Shown here: in pieces, positions 33,175 through 41,711 of the stretch
How positions within the stretch are numbered: the first letter of the stretch is position 1
Layout: each line of letters starts with the position of its first letter
DNA from: Candidatus Nanoarchaeia archaeon
GTDB taxonomy: Archaea > Nanobdellota > Nanobdellia > Woesearchaeales > GW2011-AR4
Direction: 5' to 3'
Assembly (NCBI GenBank): GCA_035288925.1
Contig: DATDYS010000018.1
Span: 1-48,751 of the forward strand
DNA length: 48,751 bases
Notes under the pieces: generated by a model
What the model was told of the DNA's origin: nothing
What the model saw: the letters and a program-made list of their open reading frames with translations, nothing else
The model's database searches: none
Made by a program: the position numbers and the translations under genes

Positions 33175-33963
33175 ATGACAAGGATCACTTTAGACTTGAC
33201 AAAAAGCATAGAAGAAAATGCCGCTGCCTATTTCGAAAGGGCAAAGAAAGTGAAGAAGAAGATAGGGGGGGCTGAAGCTGCGCTGAACGAGAACCTGAAA
33301 AAACTGGAAGAGCTTGAGCACAAAAGGGACAAAATAACTGCTGAAAAATCAAAGCAGGAAAAATTGAAGGAAAGAAAAGCTGAATGGTATGAAAAATTCA
33401 GGTGGTTCATGAGTTCCGAAGGGTTTCTTGTCTTAGGAGGAAGGGATGCAACTTCAAACGAGATTGTGATAAAAAAGCACACTGAGCAGAATGACTTGGT
33501 TTTTCACACTGACATGGCTGGCTCTCCGTTTTTTGTAGTCAAAACATACGGAAAGCCTGTCGGGGGAAAAACAAAAGAGGAAGCTGCAGATGCGACGTGC
33601 ACTTTCAGCAGGGCCTGGAAATTAGGGCTGCAGGCCAGCCCAGTTTTTTACGTGAATCCCGACCAGGTAAGCAAGAAAACAAAAGCCGGCGAATTCATGG
33701 GCAAGGGCGCTTTCATGATTTACGGCAAGACAAATTACATCAACAATAAAATAAATCTTGCAATCGGAATAAACCAAAACCAGCAGATAATGGCGGGGCC
33801 CGTGGAAGCGATAAAAGCGCATTGTGAAAAATATGTCGAGCTTGTGCAGGGCGATGAAAAATCAAGCTCAGTCGCAAAATACATCCAGCATAAAATCGGC
33901 GGCTCTTTGGACGAGATAATAAGGGCGCTGCCATCAGGCGGGTTTAAGGTGAAGAAAGGTTAG
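33175..33963 (+). CDS. NFACT-R (DUF814) domain protein, RqcH/Tae2 C-terminal-half homolog
   Basis: Coiled-coil N-terminus, then GFLVLGGRDATSNEIVIKKHTEQNDLVFHTDMAGSPFFVVK. Confidence 0.65.
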   Translation: MTRITLDLTKSIEENAAAYFERAKKVKKKIGGAEAALNENLKKLEELEHKRDKITAEKSKQEKLKERKAEWYEKFRWFMSSEGFLVLGGRDATSNEIVIKKHTEQNDLVFHTDMAGSPFFVVKTYGKPVGGKTKEEAADATCTFSRAWKLGLQASPVFYVNPDQVSKKTKAGEFMGKGAFMIYGKTNYINNKINLAIGINQNQQIMAGPVEAIKAHCEKYVELVQGDEKSSSVAKYIQHKIGGSLDEIIRALPSGGFKVKKG

Positions 33964-34095
33964 TTTGCACCAAATTAAGTTACATCATGGGGTGGATGGA
34001 AGGCAACTAAATAAAATTTAGTGCAAGTGGACATTCCCTCCCTTAGTAATTAATTTAAAATAAAGAATTACAAAAAATCGACTAAACAAATAAAA

Positions 34096-34899
34096 ATGTT
34101 CATCCAAATAAACCCTGAAACACCAAAATTTAAGTGCAGCGCCTGCGGAACCTGCTGCAGCCATATCAGGGGAATAATTCCAAATGATGACCAGAAATTC
34201 ATAAAAGAAAATGCTTTCGGAAAGCTGCCGGTCGTCCAGTTGGTTCCAGTCGAGAGAATGACTTTTCCTTTGTGGGGCTGGGAAGCAAAAAGGTTTATGG
34301 AATGGCAGAAAGAAGTAAACATTGACGCAAAAATAAAGCCGTTAAGGGCAATTCTGGATTTGAATTCAAACAAAGCAATCATTTTAACATATTTCATGGA
34401 CAGCGGGACTGATGCATGCCCCATGTTAAAGGATAATAAATGCTCAATCTACCACACAAAAAGAGCCTATGTATGCAGGCTGTTCCCGTTCAACAGAAGC
34501 CCCTTCATAAATATCGGCCCGGAATCAAAAGAAAGCCTATTTGGCAGCTGCGGCGCTATGGAAAAAATAATTCCCGCAATGCCGGATGATTTTAATGAAA
34601 TGATAAAGTTTTTAAATGAAGCGTTTCCTGACGGCTCTTTCCTGAATGCCGTGCAGAATGATATTATCATAGAATGGGCAAACAAAATAATTGTTAGCTT
34701 AATAAAGGAAAAAAGGATAAGGCCGGCAGTGAATTATCCCTATGATTTGTTGCTGAAAAGAATTTCCAGCGCTGAAAAAATAGACTTCACGGATTTTTTG
34801 GCTGAAATAGGGCACACAACTGCAGAAGAAATGGAAAATTTAATAAACAGATTTGACAGCAACAGCGATGCGCAGGAGAAAATAGCATCCTTCATCTGA
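34096..34899 (+). CDS. YkgJ-family (UPF0153) Cys-cluster protein
   Basis: CSACGTCCSHI, a later CPMLKDNKCSIYHTKRAYVCRLFP. Confidence 0.65.
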   Translation: MFIQINPETPKFKCSACGTCCSHIRGIIPNDDQKFIKENAFGKLPVVQLVPVERMTFPLWGWEAKRFMEWQKEVNIDAKIKPLRAILDLNSNKAIILTYFMDSGTDACPMLKDNKCSIYHTKRAYVCRLFPFNRSPFINIGPESKESLFGSCGAMEKIIPAMPDDFNEMIKFLNEAFPDGSFLNAVQNDIIIEWANKIIVSLIKEKRIRPAVNYPYDLLLKRISSAEKIDFTDFLAEIGHTTAEEMENLINRFDSNSDAQEKIASFI

Positions 34900-34902
34900 G
34901 TT

Positions 34903-35080
34903 ATCGCAAATTGTGGTAATTGGTTTAATATGTCGGAAATCGCAAATTTTATGGAATTTATTACGATTTCCGAGCATGCTCAAAAATTCCATTATGTATT
35001 CGTAACTTGGAATTTTTGACAAATAGCCGCAATTTGCGAGATAGACAATTGCGTGTAAATATAACAAATCAACGCAATTG
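34903..35080. promoter_or_regulatory. Repeat-dense control region upstream of nnrE (candidate operator sites flanking a TATA box)
   Basis: atcgcaaatt occurs twice (34903, 34939), with an inverted 9/10 copy at 35031. caattgcg (35046) and cgcaattg (35073) bracket taaatataa (35056-35064). cggaaatcg/cgatttccg form a 9-bp stem (34934/34964). Confidence 0.45.
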
Positions 35081-35091
35081 GATATATCACA

Positions 35092-35685
35092 ATGATTTCA
35101 TCACAAGAAATGAGAATTTTAGAGGCAGAAAGCGAAATACCACGCAGCGCTCTAATGGAAAATGCCGGCAAGGCAGTTTACCAAATTCTAAAGCAGAGGA
35201 TGGACCTGAAAGAAAAAAAAATTCTGGTCATCTGCTATCACGGAAACAATGGTGGGGACGGATTTGTTGCTGCAAGGCATTTAAGCGATGAGGCTGAAAC
35301 CGATTTATTGTTTATAGGCGATGAAAACAAGATGAAGAAGGAAGCGCTTGCGAATTTCAAGAAAATCGAGCACAACGGCAGGATACAAATGCTTTCTGAC
35401 GAGGAAGTTAATTTTGATGAATATGATATTATTATTGACGCAATTCTCGGCATAGGAATAAAAGGCCGTTTGAACCGTGAAATTTCCGCAATAATTGACG
35501 ATGTAAACAATTCAAAGGCCTACAAGGTTTCCGTTGACATTCCAACCGGAATCGACCCCGACACAGGGGATATTGTGGACAAGTGCATCAATGCCGACTT
35601 GATTGTGACCTTTCACGACATGAAGAAAGGCATTGAGAATTTCGAAGACATAGTCGTTGTTGCCGACATAGGGCTGCCGAAATAA
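35092..35685 (+). CDS. nnrE: NAD(P)H-hydrate epimerase (YjeF N-terminal domain)
   Basis: MENAGKAVYQIL...YHGNNGGDGFVAARHL. Confidence 0.8.
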   Translation: MISSQEMRILEAESEIPRSALMENAGKAVYQILKQRMDLKEKKILVICYHGNNGGDGFVAARHLSDEAETDLLFIGDENKMKKEALANFKKIEHNGRIQMLSDEEVNFDEYDIIIDAILGIGIKGRLNREISAIIDDVNNSKAYKVSVDIPTGIDPDTGDIVDKCINADLIVTFHDMKKGIENFEDIVVVADIGLPK

Positions 35686-35742
35686 GCAAAGTTTATATTA
35701 ATCAATTTCTAGTGCATTTTATAATAAAAAACAAATTATAAA

Positions 35743-36612
35743 ATGAGATTCATAACAAAAAAAGATATCAAACTGCCGAAAAGAGTATCAGAAAGCCACA
35801 AAGGAGACAACGGACTGGTTCTGGCTGTCGGCGGCTCGAAAGATTTTGCCGGCGCCACGGCGCTTGCGGGGCTGGCTGCATTGAGAAGCGGCTGCGACCT
35901 GGTGAAAATAATTGCCCCGGAAAAAGCTGCATGGGCCATCAACGCTTATTCTCCGGATTTAATGACAGTGAAAATGAAATGGGATTATGTTAATTCAGAT
36001 TATTGCCAAATTGTTAAAAAAGAAATGAGGAAGTATAATGTTTTATTAATCGGCAACGGCGTTGGGCTAAAAAAAGAATCAAAAAAAGCCTGCAGAAAAA
36101 TAATCCGGGAAATTAAAAAATTAAAAGTAATTGACGCCGATGCAGTCAAGTCCATCTCGATGGGCGGCTGTGAAAATTCAATAATTACGCCGCATTCAAA
36201 GGAATTAGAATATTTTTTAATTAATTCTAAAATAGGTAAATCAGCAATCAACAAAATTAATAGAGAAAAAAATATAATTAAAAAATCAAAATTAATTAAA
36301 AAAACAACTCAGAAATTTCTTAATCAAGATAATATTATTTTATTAAAGGGAAAAATTGACACAATAATTTCAAGAGATAAAATATTTTATGTTAAGGGCG
36401 GCAACCCCGGAATGACCAAGGGCGGAACTGGCGATGTTTTGGCCGGATTATGCGCAGGTTTTTTAGCACAAAGCAAAGATTTGCTGCAAAGTTCAATCAA
36501 TGCGTCCCATTTTAATAAAAAAATAGGCGATATTCTATTAAAGAAGAAAAAAGGATTTGCTTATCTTGCTAGTGATATGGTGGAAGAGATAAAGAGAATC
36601 AGAGACCAATAA
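35743..36612 (+). CDS. nnrD: ADP/ATP-dependent NAD(P)H-hydrate dehydratase (YjeF C-terminal domain)
   Basis: HKGDNGLVLAVGGSKDFAGA and GGNPGMTKGGTGDVLAGL. Confidence 0.8.
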   Translation: MRFITKKDIKLPKRVSESHKGDNGLVLAVGGSKDFAGATALAGLAALRSGCDLVKIIAPEKAAWAINAYSPDLMTVKMKWDYVNSDYCQIVKKEMRKYNVLLIGNGVGLKKESKKACRKIIREIKKLKVIDADAVKSISMGGCENSIITPHSKELEYFLINSKIGKSAINKINREKNIIKKSKLIKKTTQKFLNQDNIILLKGKIDTIISRDKIFYVKGGNPGMTKGGTGDVLAGLCAGFLAQSKDLLQSSINASHFNKKIGDILLKKKKGFAYLASDMVEEIKRIRDQ

Positions 36613-36614
36613 AC

Positions 36615-36968
36615 CTATTCCTGCACATACTCATTTCCCATAGCCAGGCATATTTCAGCTTTCTTCAGCTCTTTTCCTAAATAAGCCGCATGCTCAAGCC
36701 TATTGAACCAGCTCTTTTTGTGCTTCTCGCTGTAATCAAAAATTGTGGTGTATAAATCCTGCGCTCTTGTCCCCCGGAATTCTTTCAATATTGCATGATT
36801 ATAATCACATATTCCAACCCCTATCTCATGGGTGTCGCTGTAGACTCTGATAAGAACATAGCACCCTTTGTCTATTCTGAAGTCCTTATAATCATCGTAT
36901 TTATTAGCCCTTATAACTTCAAAATCCTTGGCCTGCTTTTGCTTCTTAACCCATTTCGGCTTTTCCAT
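36615..36968 (-). CDS. Small conserved protein, possibly DUF4346-like
   Basis: IDKGCYVLIRV...GTRAQDLYTTI...RLEHAAYLGKELKKAEICLAMGNEYVQE resembles DUF4346 from memory only. Confidence 0.4.
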   Translation of the reverse strand: MEKPKWVKKQKQAKDFEVIRANKYDDYKDFRIDKGCYVLIRVYSDTHEIGVGICDYNHAILKEFRGTRAQDLYTTIFDYSEKHKKSWFNRLEHAAYLGKELKKAEICLAMGNEYVQE

Positions 36969-37097
36969 ATGGTAAAAGGAATAATATTAGTTTAAAAGGG
37001 TTTGGTCTAATTTGAAATGTGGAAATCCTTTTTCATTATACTATTATTAAGTAATAACAATCAAAAGATTTAAAAATGGGGTAATCACTCCTAGATT

Positions 37098-37322
37098 ATG
37101 GCTAAAAATATACGCACAATTCCAAAACCCGGTAGAAGAAAATTCATTGGAATGGCAGACCAAGCAGTTAATTCAGGAGACTCTAACGGAAAACTTCAAG
37201 CTTTTAGTAAGTTTGCAGACAGGACCGAGCAGTATGTTCTAGCCAATAGCCCGAATATGGGTGAATACCATCGGCAATTATTAAAATCCAAAATTGAAGG
37301 CATCAAAAATTTTCGATTCTGA
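37098..37322 (+). CDS. Hypothetical 74-aa protein (atypical orphan)
   Basis: Clean ATG. TATA-like gatttaaaaat lies about 25 nt upstream. No motif. Confidence 0.35.
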   Translation: MAKNIRTIPKPGRRKFIGMADQAVNSGDSNGKLQAFSKFADRTEQYVLANSPNMGEYHRQLLKSKIEGIKNFRF

Positions 37323-37474
37323 TTCTTGAGTTTTTTCTTCTTCAAAATGTCCAAAACGATATATTTATATACTATTATTTAAAATATTTAAAAGATTATC
37401 TTAAATTATATTAAAAATAACATAAAATATAATATTAAAAATAATAGTTTTTAGTCGTCAAATGCGGTGCCTAA

Positions 37475-37669
37475 ATGGTTAAAATTCAAAAGCTTCCGTC
37501 CGGTCAGCTGGTGATTACCCTCCCCAAGCTTCTCGCAGAGTATGAGGGCCTGAAAAAGGGCATGGAGCTTGATTTCAAAAAGCACAAAGACGGATTCATT
37601 CTGGAGATAAAGCGCGGCAGTTCTGATTCTGATAATGTAAAAATCTCAAATAAAAAACGAAAAGGGTGA
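37475..37669 (+). CDS. AbrB/SpoVT-type DNA-binding domain protein
   Basis: KLPSGQLVITLPKLLAEYEGLKKGMELDF. Confidence 0.55.
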   Translation: MVKIQKLPSGQLVITLPKLLAEYEGLKKGMELDFKKHKDGFILEIKRGSSDSDNVKISNKKRKG

Positions 37670-37675
37670 AGGCAA

Positions 37676-37828
37676 TTGAAAATAGAAGAATTGGCTAAAA
37701 TAATGGGCAAGAGCAAGTGGGAAGTGGAGCAAATGTTAATGAAAGACGATGTGATTGAGCTCAACCTGAATGAGCGGAGCAAATCGCGGCGCATCAGGGA
37801 GGACGACGAGCTGAGAATTTTTGAATAA
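37676..37828 (+). CDS. Possible 41-50-aa micro-ORF coupled to the antiporter gene
   Basis: (M)KIEELAKIMGKSKWEVEQMLMKDDVIELNLNERSKSRRIREDDELRIFE. TTG at 37676 or ATG at 37703. Its stop overlaps the kef ATG (TAATG). Confidence 0.3.
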   Translation: MKIEELAKIMGKSKWEVEQMLMKDDVIELNLNERSKSRRIREDDELRIFE

Positions 37829-39540
37829 TGGTGCAGAATATTTTTTTCGAACTGAGCATTGTAGTGGCGGCAGCGACATTGGTGTCGATTTTCATGAAAA
37901 TCATAAAGCAGCCGCTTATAATAGGCTATATAATAACCGGCATCGTCCTCGGCCCGTTCGCATTAAATCTGGTTCAGCCGTCTGACACTTTAGTTACATT
38001 TTCTGAGATAGGTATTGCATTTCTTCTGTTTATAGTCGGATTAAATCTTAATTTCAAAACCCTAAAAGATGTAGGAGTTATCGCCCTAATTACGGGCACA
38101 GCGCAGGTAGCAATTACTTTTGTTGCAGTGTATTTCATTTCTAAATTTTTAGGATTCTCAGGCATAAGCTCGCTGTACATAAGCGGGGCGCTGACATTCA
38201 GCAGCACAATTATAGTCGTGAAACTGCTGCTTGACAAGCATGATATGGATACATTGTACGGAAAAATAGCGGTCGGGCTGCTGCTTGTGCAGGATTTTAT
38301 TGTTATAGTCTTGCTCCTTTTTTTGTCACCGTCGGTTGGCGTGCAGAGCTTTTCAAGCCTGGCGCTTTCAACCGTCATCAAAGTGGCTGTCGCCATCGCG
38401 CTTGTAATGCTAGTGACCAGTTATTTTGTCCCGAAAGTGCTTGAGTTCACAGCCAAATCACAGGAATTATTATTCCTATTTGGCATAAGCTGGGTACTTC
38501 TGCTAGCCTCATCTTTAAGCAGGATTGGGTTTTCAATAGAGATGGGCGCGCTGTTTGCCGGAATAAGTCTTGCTTCGTCCCCGTTCAGCCTGGAAATAGG
38601 CAGCAAGCTTAAGCCGTTAAGGGATTTTTTCATAATATTATTTTTTATTTCACTTGGCTCGCAGATGGTTTTTATACTGACTGCGGACACTATTCTAAAA
38701 ATTATAGCCTTGTCTTTGGCTGTCCTGGTTTTGAAGCCGATAATAGTAATGTCAGTCATCGGGCTGATGGGCTACAAGAAACGAATTGGGTTTTTGACGG
38801 GAATTTCACTCGCGCAGGTCAGCGAGTTTTCTTTTATACTGATAATACTGGCAGTAAATCTGGGGCAGATAAGCCAGGAGACCGCATCGCTTGTAACTTT
38901 AGTCGGGCTGATAACAATAGCCGGCTCTTCTTATTTGATACTGAACAATTACAGCCTGTACCAGAAATTTTCCAATTATCTTTCGATTTTTGAGAAAAAC
39001 AAGTCAAGCACCGTGAAAGAGCCGGTAAAATCCGATGAATTCAAAATAGTGTTGTTCGGGTATAACAGGATAGGATTCAGCCTGCTCAAGTCATTCAAAA
39101 AACTGCGCAAGACATTCCTGATTGTTGATTATAACCCCGAAACAATTGAGATGCTCAACAGCCACGGGATATGCTGCAGGTACGGCGATGCGTCAGACCC
39201 GGAGCTTATCGGGGAAGTAGGGCTGCAGAGCACGGAGCTCGTGATTTCCACAATACCCCAGATAGATGTAAATCTCCTGCTTGCTGAAAAAGTAAGGAAA
39301 ATAAACAAAAAAGCGGTTGTTGTCATGACATCGCACAATATTGATGACGCATTCAGTCTTTACGAGGCGGGAGTTAACTATGTTTTAATGCCGCATTTTC
39401 TGGGAGGGGAGCATGCATCCGCTTTAATAGAAAAATTCGGAACTGATATCAATAAGTTTGTGAAAGAGAAGCTAAATCACATAGAAGAGCTGAACCAGAG
39501 GAGAAACTTCGGGCACGAGCACCCAACGCATAATTTATAA
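37828..39540 (+). CDS. CPA2 (Kef-type) cation:proton antiporter with C-terminal RCK/TrkA-N domain
   Basis: 570 aa with about 12 TM helices, then IVLFGYNRIGFSL...GDASDPE, a Rossmann-like RCK domain. Confidence 0.8.
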   Translation: MVQNIFFELSIVVAAATLVSIFMKIIKQPLIIGYIITGIVLGPFALNLVQPSDTLVTFSEIGIAFLLFIVGLNLNFKTLKDVGVIALITGTAQVAITFVAVYFISKFLGFSGISSLYISGALTFSSTIIVVKLLLDKHDMDTLYGKIAVGLLLVQDFIVIVLLLFLSPSVGVQSFSSLALSTVIKVAVAIALVMLVTSYFVPKVLEFTAKSQELLFLFGISWVLLLASSLSRIGFSIEMGALFAGISLASSPFSLEIGSKLKPLRDFFIILFFISLGSQMVFILTADTILKIIALSLAVLVLKPIIVMSVIGLMGYKKRIGFLTGISLAQVSEFSFILIILAVNLGQISQETASLVTLVGLITIAGSSYLILNNYSLYQKFSNYLSIFEKNKSSTVKEPVKSDEFKIVLFGYNRIGFSLLKSFKKLRKTFLIVDYNPETIEMLNSHGICCRYGDASDPELIGEVGLQSTELVISTIPQIDVNLLLAEKVRKINKKAVVVMTSHNIDDAFSLYEAGVNYVLMPHFLGGEHASALIEKFGTDINKFVKEKLNHIEELNQRRNFGHEHPTHNL

Positions 39541-39590
39541 GTTTAAAATAAATTTTAATAACCAATTCAAATAATTAATCGGCGAAAGTT

Positions 39591-39828
39591 ATCAGGGAGG
39601 GAACCCAAAGTTGCACCAGATTGGATTTATCCGCCCTGACTTGCGTGTGAGAACGGGTGACATGCGAGAGTTCGCTCTCGCTCACTCAGGTCACTCTTCG
39701 AACACGCTCACCGTTTAAGTACCCACCCCAAACCATTTAATAAAATCGTGCTCGATAAATAAAAGAAAAATATAAGGTGTGGGAACCATCTGGAATCGGT
39801 TGAGAGCAAGTGACAATGTTCCCCTGAT
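39591..39828 (+). ncRNA. Copy 1 of an unclassified block-conserved, self-complementary element (candidate structured RNA)
   Basis: It shares six ordered blocks with 44958-45124. The termini atcaggg/ccctgat are complementary. It contains an 83-nt hairpin insertion. The strand is assigned only by co-orientation with the downstream genes. Confidence 0.45.
39643..39707. repeat. 65-nt GC-rich extended hairpin module inserted in copy 1
   Basis: Nested stems gcgtgt/acacgc, gtgac/gtcac and gcgagag-ttcg-ctctcgc. The core is related to the hairpin at 41390-41454. Confidence 0.55.
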
Positions 39829-39958
39829 GAAAAAGTTAAGTAAAAAGCTAATAATTAATATTAAAAAACCGTTCAAAACCAAATATTAGACTAAAAATAT
39901 AAATTAAAATAATTAGATTTAAAAACATTAGAAATTAAATCAGGCAAAAAAGAGGAAA

Positions 39959-41365
39959 ATGGCAACAACTGAAGCTGATTTGAAGAAGCATGGCTTTGAA
40001 AAGATCGAGGAAAGCGAGGAGTTCAGAGGCTCCAAGATAAAAACTGGCTATCCTCAGCCGTCAAGGAGGTACAGGCTTCACTACGAGGGCTACAATATTT
40101 CCATCGAAGAGCCATATTTCTGGACGCTGCACTATCTAAGGTATTTCGGCGGGTTTCCGAGAATAGACAAGATAACTGACGTTTTTGCAGCCGCTGAGAA
40201 CTCCGCTTTTTTCGGGGCGTCGCAGCAGAGAATCGGGCTGCAGCAGGACAAGGTCAGCCAGTTTCTTGCGACAATCGGAAAAATGGTAAGGGAGCTCTTC
40301 CAGCTTGTGAGGGAGATGAGGATTCTTGACGAGAGGCTAAGCTATTACGCCGACAGCTATACGAACAGCCCAAGCGCGGAAAGCGCAGAAATAACATTAA
40401 AGGGAATCTGGGTTGATTTAGTCGAACAGGGCGCAAAAAATCCTGCTTCAGTTTATGGAATGGCGCGTGAAGTCCAGTTCACGACACTGCCGGACTTGTT
40501 TTTCAGCACGAATCCGAAAAAGCAGGAGGATGTTGATGTTGTTGTCGAAAAAGACAGGGGGCAGTTCAACCGAAAAGTCAAGGAAGTTTTGAAAAGAAAG
40601 CTGAGGTCTTTTTTGGCGTGGAAAGAGCATTCTTATGACGAGTTAAAAAACAGGAGAAAGTTCACACTTAAATATTTGCGGCAGCACTTTGAGATAATCA
40701 GGATGTACATGAATTGGGTAAAGCCGTACCTAAAAAATATACAAAGGCTGCAGCTGGACCAGTCGAAATCCGACACTCCTGATTTGATTGTTGCATTCGA
40801 AAGCTCTATGATTGAAGTCGAGATTCTTGCGGTCAAGCCCGGAAAAATAAACCAATGCATTCTGATGCATTATCTTTTCAGGACCCGCCCGGAAATGAAT
40901 TATTCACAGGAATATCAAAGAGGGCCTATACACCTTGGAAGGGTTGAAATTGATTTTAGGGCTTACGCGTGGAGCGACAAGGACATCGAGAATTACAAGA
41001 GATTAAGGGATCAGGAGGATTTCAAGCTGCTTGGGGTTGTTGACGGCTCTGTCAAGGCAGCGCTCGAAGCTCTTGGAGATGAGCTGATGAGATATCTAAA
41101 AGAAGCAGGGGAGGAGTTTGAAGAGAAAAAAGAATCTCCAAAGGAGAAATATAAGCAGAGCGGAACTTTCTTATCAGTGTTTCAGGGTTTTGCAGAATTG
41201 TTCACATCATTTAATGCAAAAAAAACTTCGCGGCCAAAAAAAGTTTCCCAGACGGACCTGATGAAAGACGCCCTCGCGAGAAAAGAAGCGGCAGACAAAG
41301 TGAAAAAAGTCATGTGGAACACTTACCATCATTTCAAGAAGCACCATGATATGCTGAACTGGTAA
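39959..41365 (+). CDS. Hypothetical 468-aa protein (orphan; Lys-rich C-terminal tail)
   Basis: ATG preceded by agagg. Long uninterrupted ORF in a G+C-richer island. No domain recognised. Confidence 0.6.
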   Translation: MATTEADLKKHGFEKIEESEEFRGSKIKTGYPQPSRRYRLHYEGYNISIEEPYFWTLHYLRYFGGFPRIDKITDVFAAAENSAFFGASQQRIGLQQDKVSQFLATIGKMVRELFQLVREMRILDERLSYYADSYTNSPSAESAEITLKGIWVDLVEQGAKNPASVYGMAREVQFTTLPDLFFSTNPKKQEDVDVVVEKDRGQFNRKVKEVLKRKLRSFLAWKEHSYDELKNRRKFTLKYLRQHFEIIRMYMNWVKPYLKNIQRLQLDQSKSDTPDLIVAFESSMIEVEILAVKPGKINQCILMHYLFRTRPEMNYSQEYQRGPIHLGRVEIDFRAYAWSDKDIENYKRLRDQEDFKLLGVVDGSVKAALEALGDELMRYLKEAGEEFEEKKESPKEKYKQSGTFLSVFQGFAELFTSFNAKKTSRPKKVSQTDLMKDALARKEAADKVKKVMWNTYHHFKKHHDMLNW

Positions 41366-41389
41366 AAGGGTTTCGCCCCTTTAGGACGA

Positions 41390-41454
41390 GAAACTTTTTA
41401 GTGACTTGTGAGCGAGTTCGCAACGAGCTCACTCGCATTTGACTAAAAAGTTTC
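41390..41454. repeat. 65-nt extended hairpin module downstream of ORF468
   Basis: 13-bp outer stem gaaactttttagt/actaaaaagtttc. The inner gtgac-ttgtgagcgagttcgcaacgagctcactc core resembles 39656-39690. Confidence 0.55.
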
Positions 41455-41526
41455 ATCAAAAATGGAGGCCTCGCATTCGCTCAGCCCCCAGAAATTTTAT
41501 ATTTTGATAATTTTATAAAAATGCCC

Positions 41527-41547
41527 CCACATGTCGCATGTGGTTTT
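41527..41547 (+). terminator. 7-bp hairpin plus T-run (terminator-like)
   Basis: ccacatg-tcg-catgtgg followed by tttt. Confidence 0.4.
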
Positions 41548-41711
41548 ACTTTGCAGAACAACAAAATTTTTGCCTCCGCTAAGACAGTGGTAAAGTTATA
41601 ATAGGGAAATCTGAATGATTCCTTATCTCGACATTTTCATTCAAAGTTATCTTAGAAAATTCTAACTATTGCATAATTTTTCAAAGTGTTCTACAGGGCG
41701 TTACATAGATT

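Noticed and set aside
33965-34026. 12-bp inverted repeat ttgcaccaaatt / aatttagtgcaa after the NFACT gene, as a possible ncRNA.
   Set aside because: It is a single imperfect hairpin with a 38-nt loop, no T-run and no second copy. It is more likely an incidental or weak terminator structure.
34840-35291. Track ORFs 34840..35067(-) and 35007..35291(+).
   Set aside because: They span the repeat-dense intergenic region and overlap nnrE out of frame. There are no start signals.
39824-39830. Hammerhead-ribozyme core CUGAUGA at the 3' end of element copy 1.
   Set aside because: Copy 2 reads ctgataa at the same position, and no GAAA or stem II/III context is present. This is a coincidental match.
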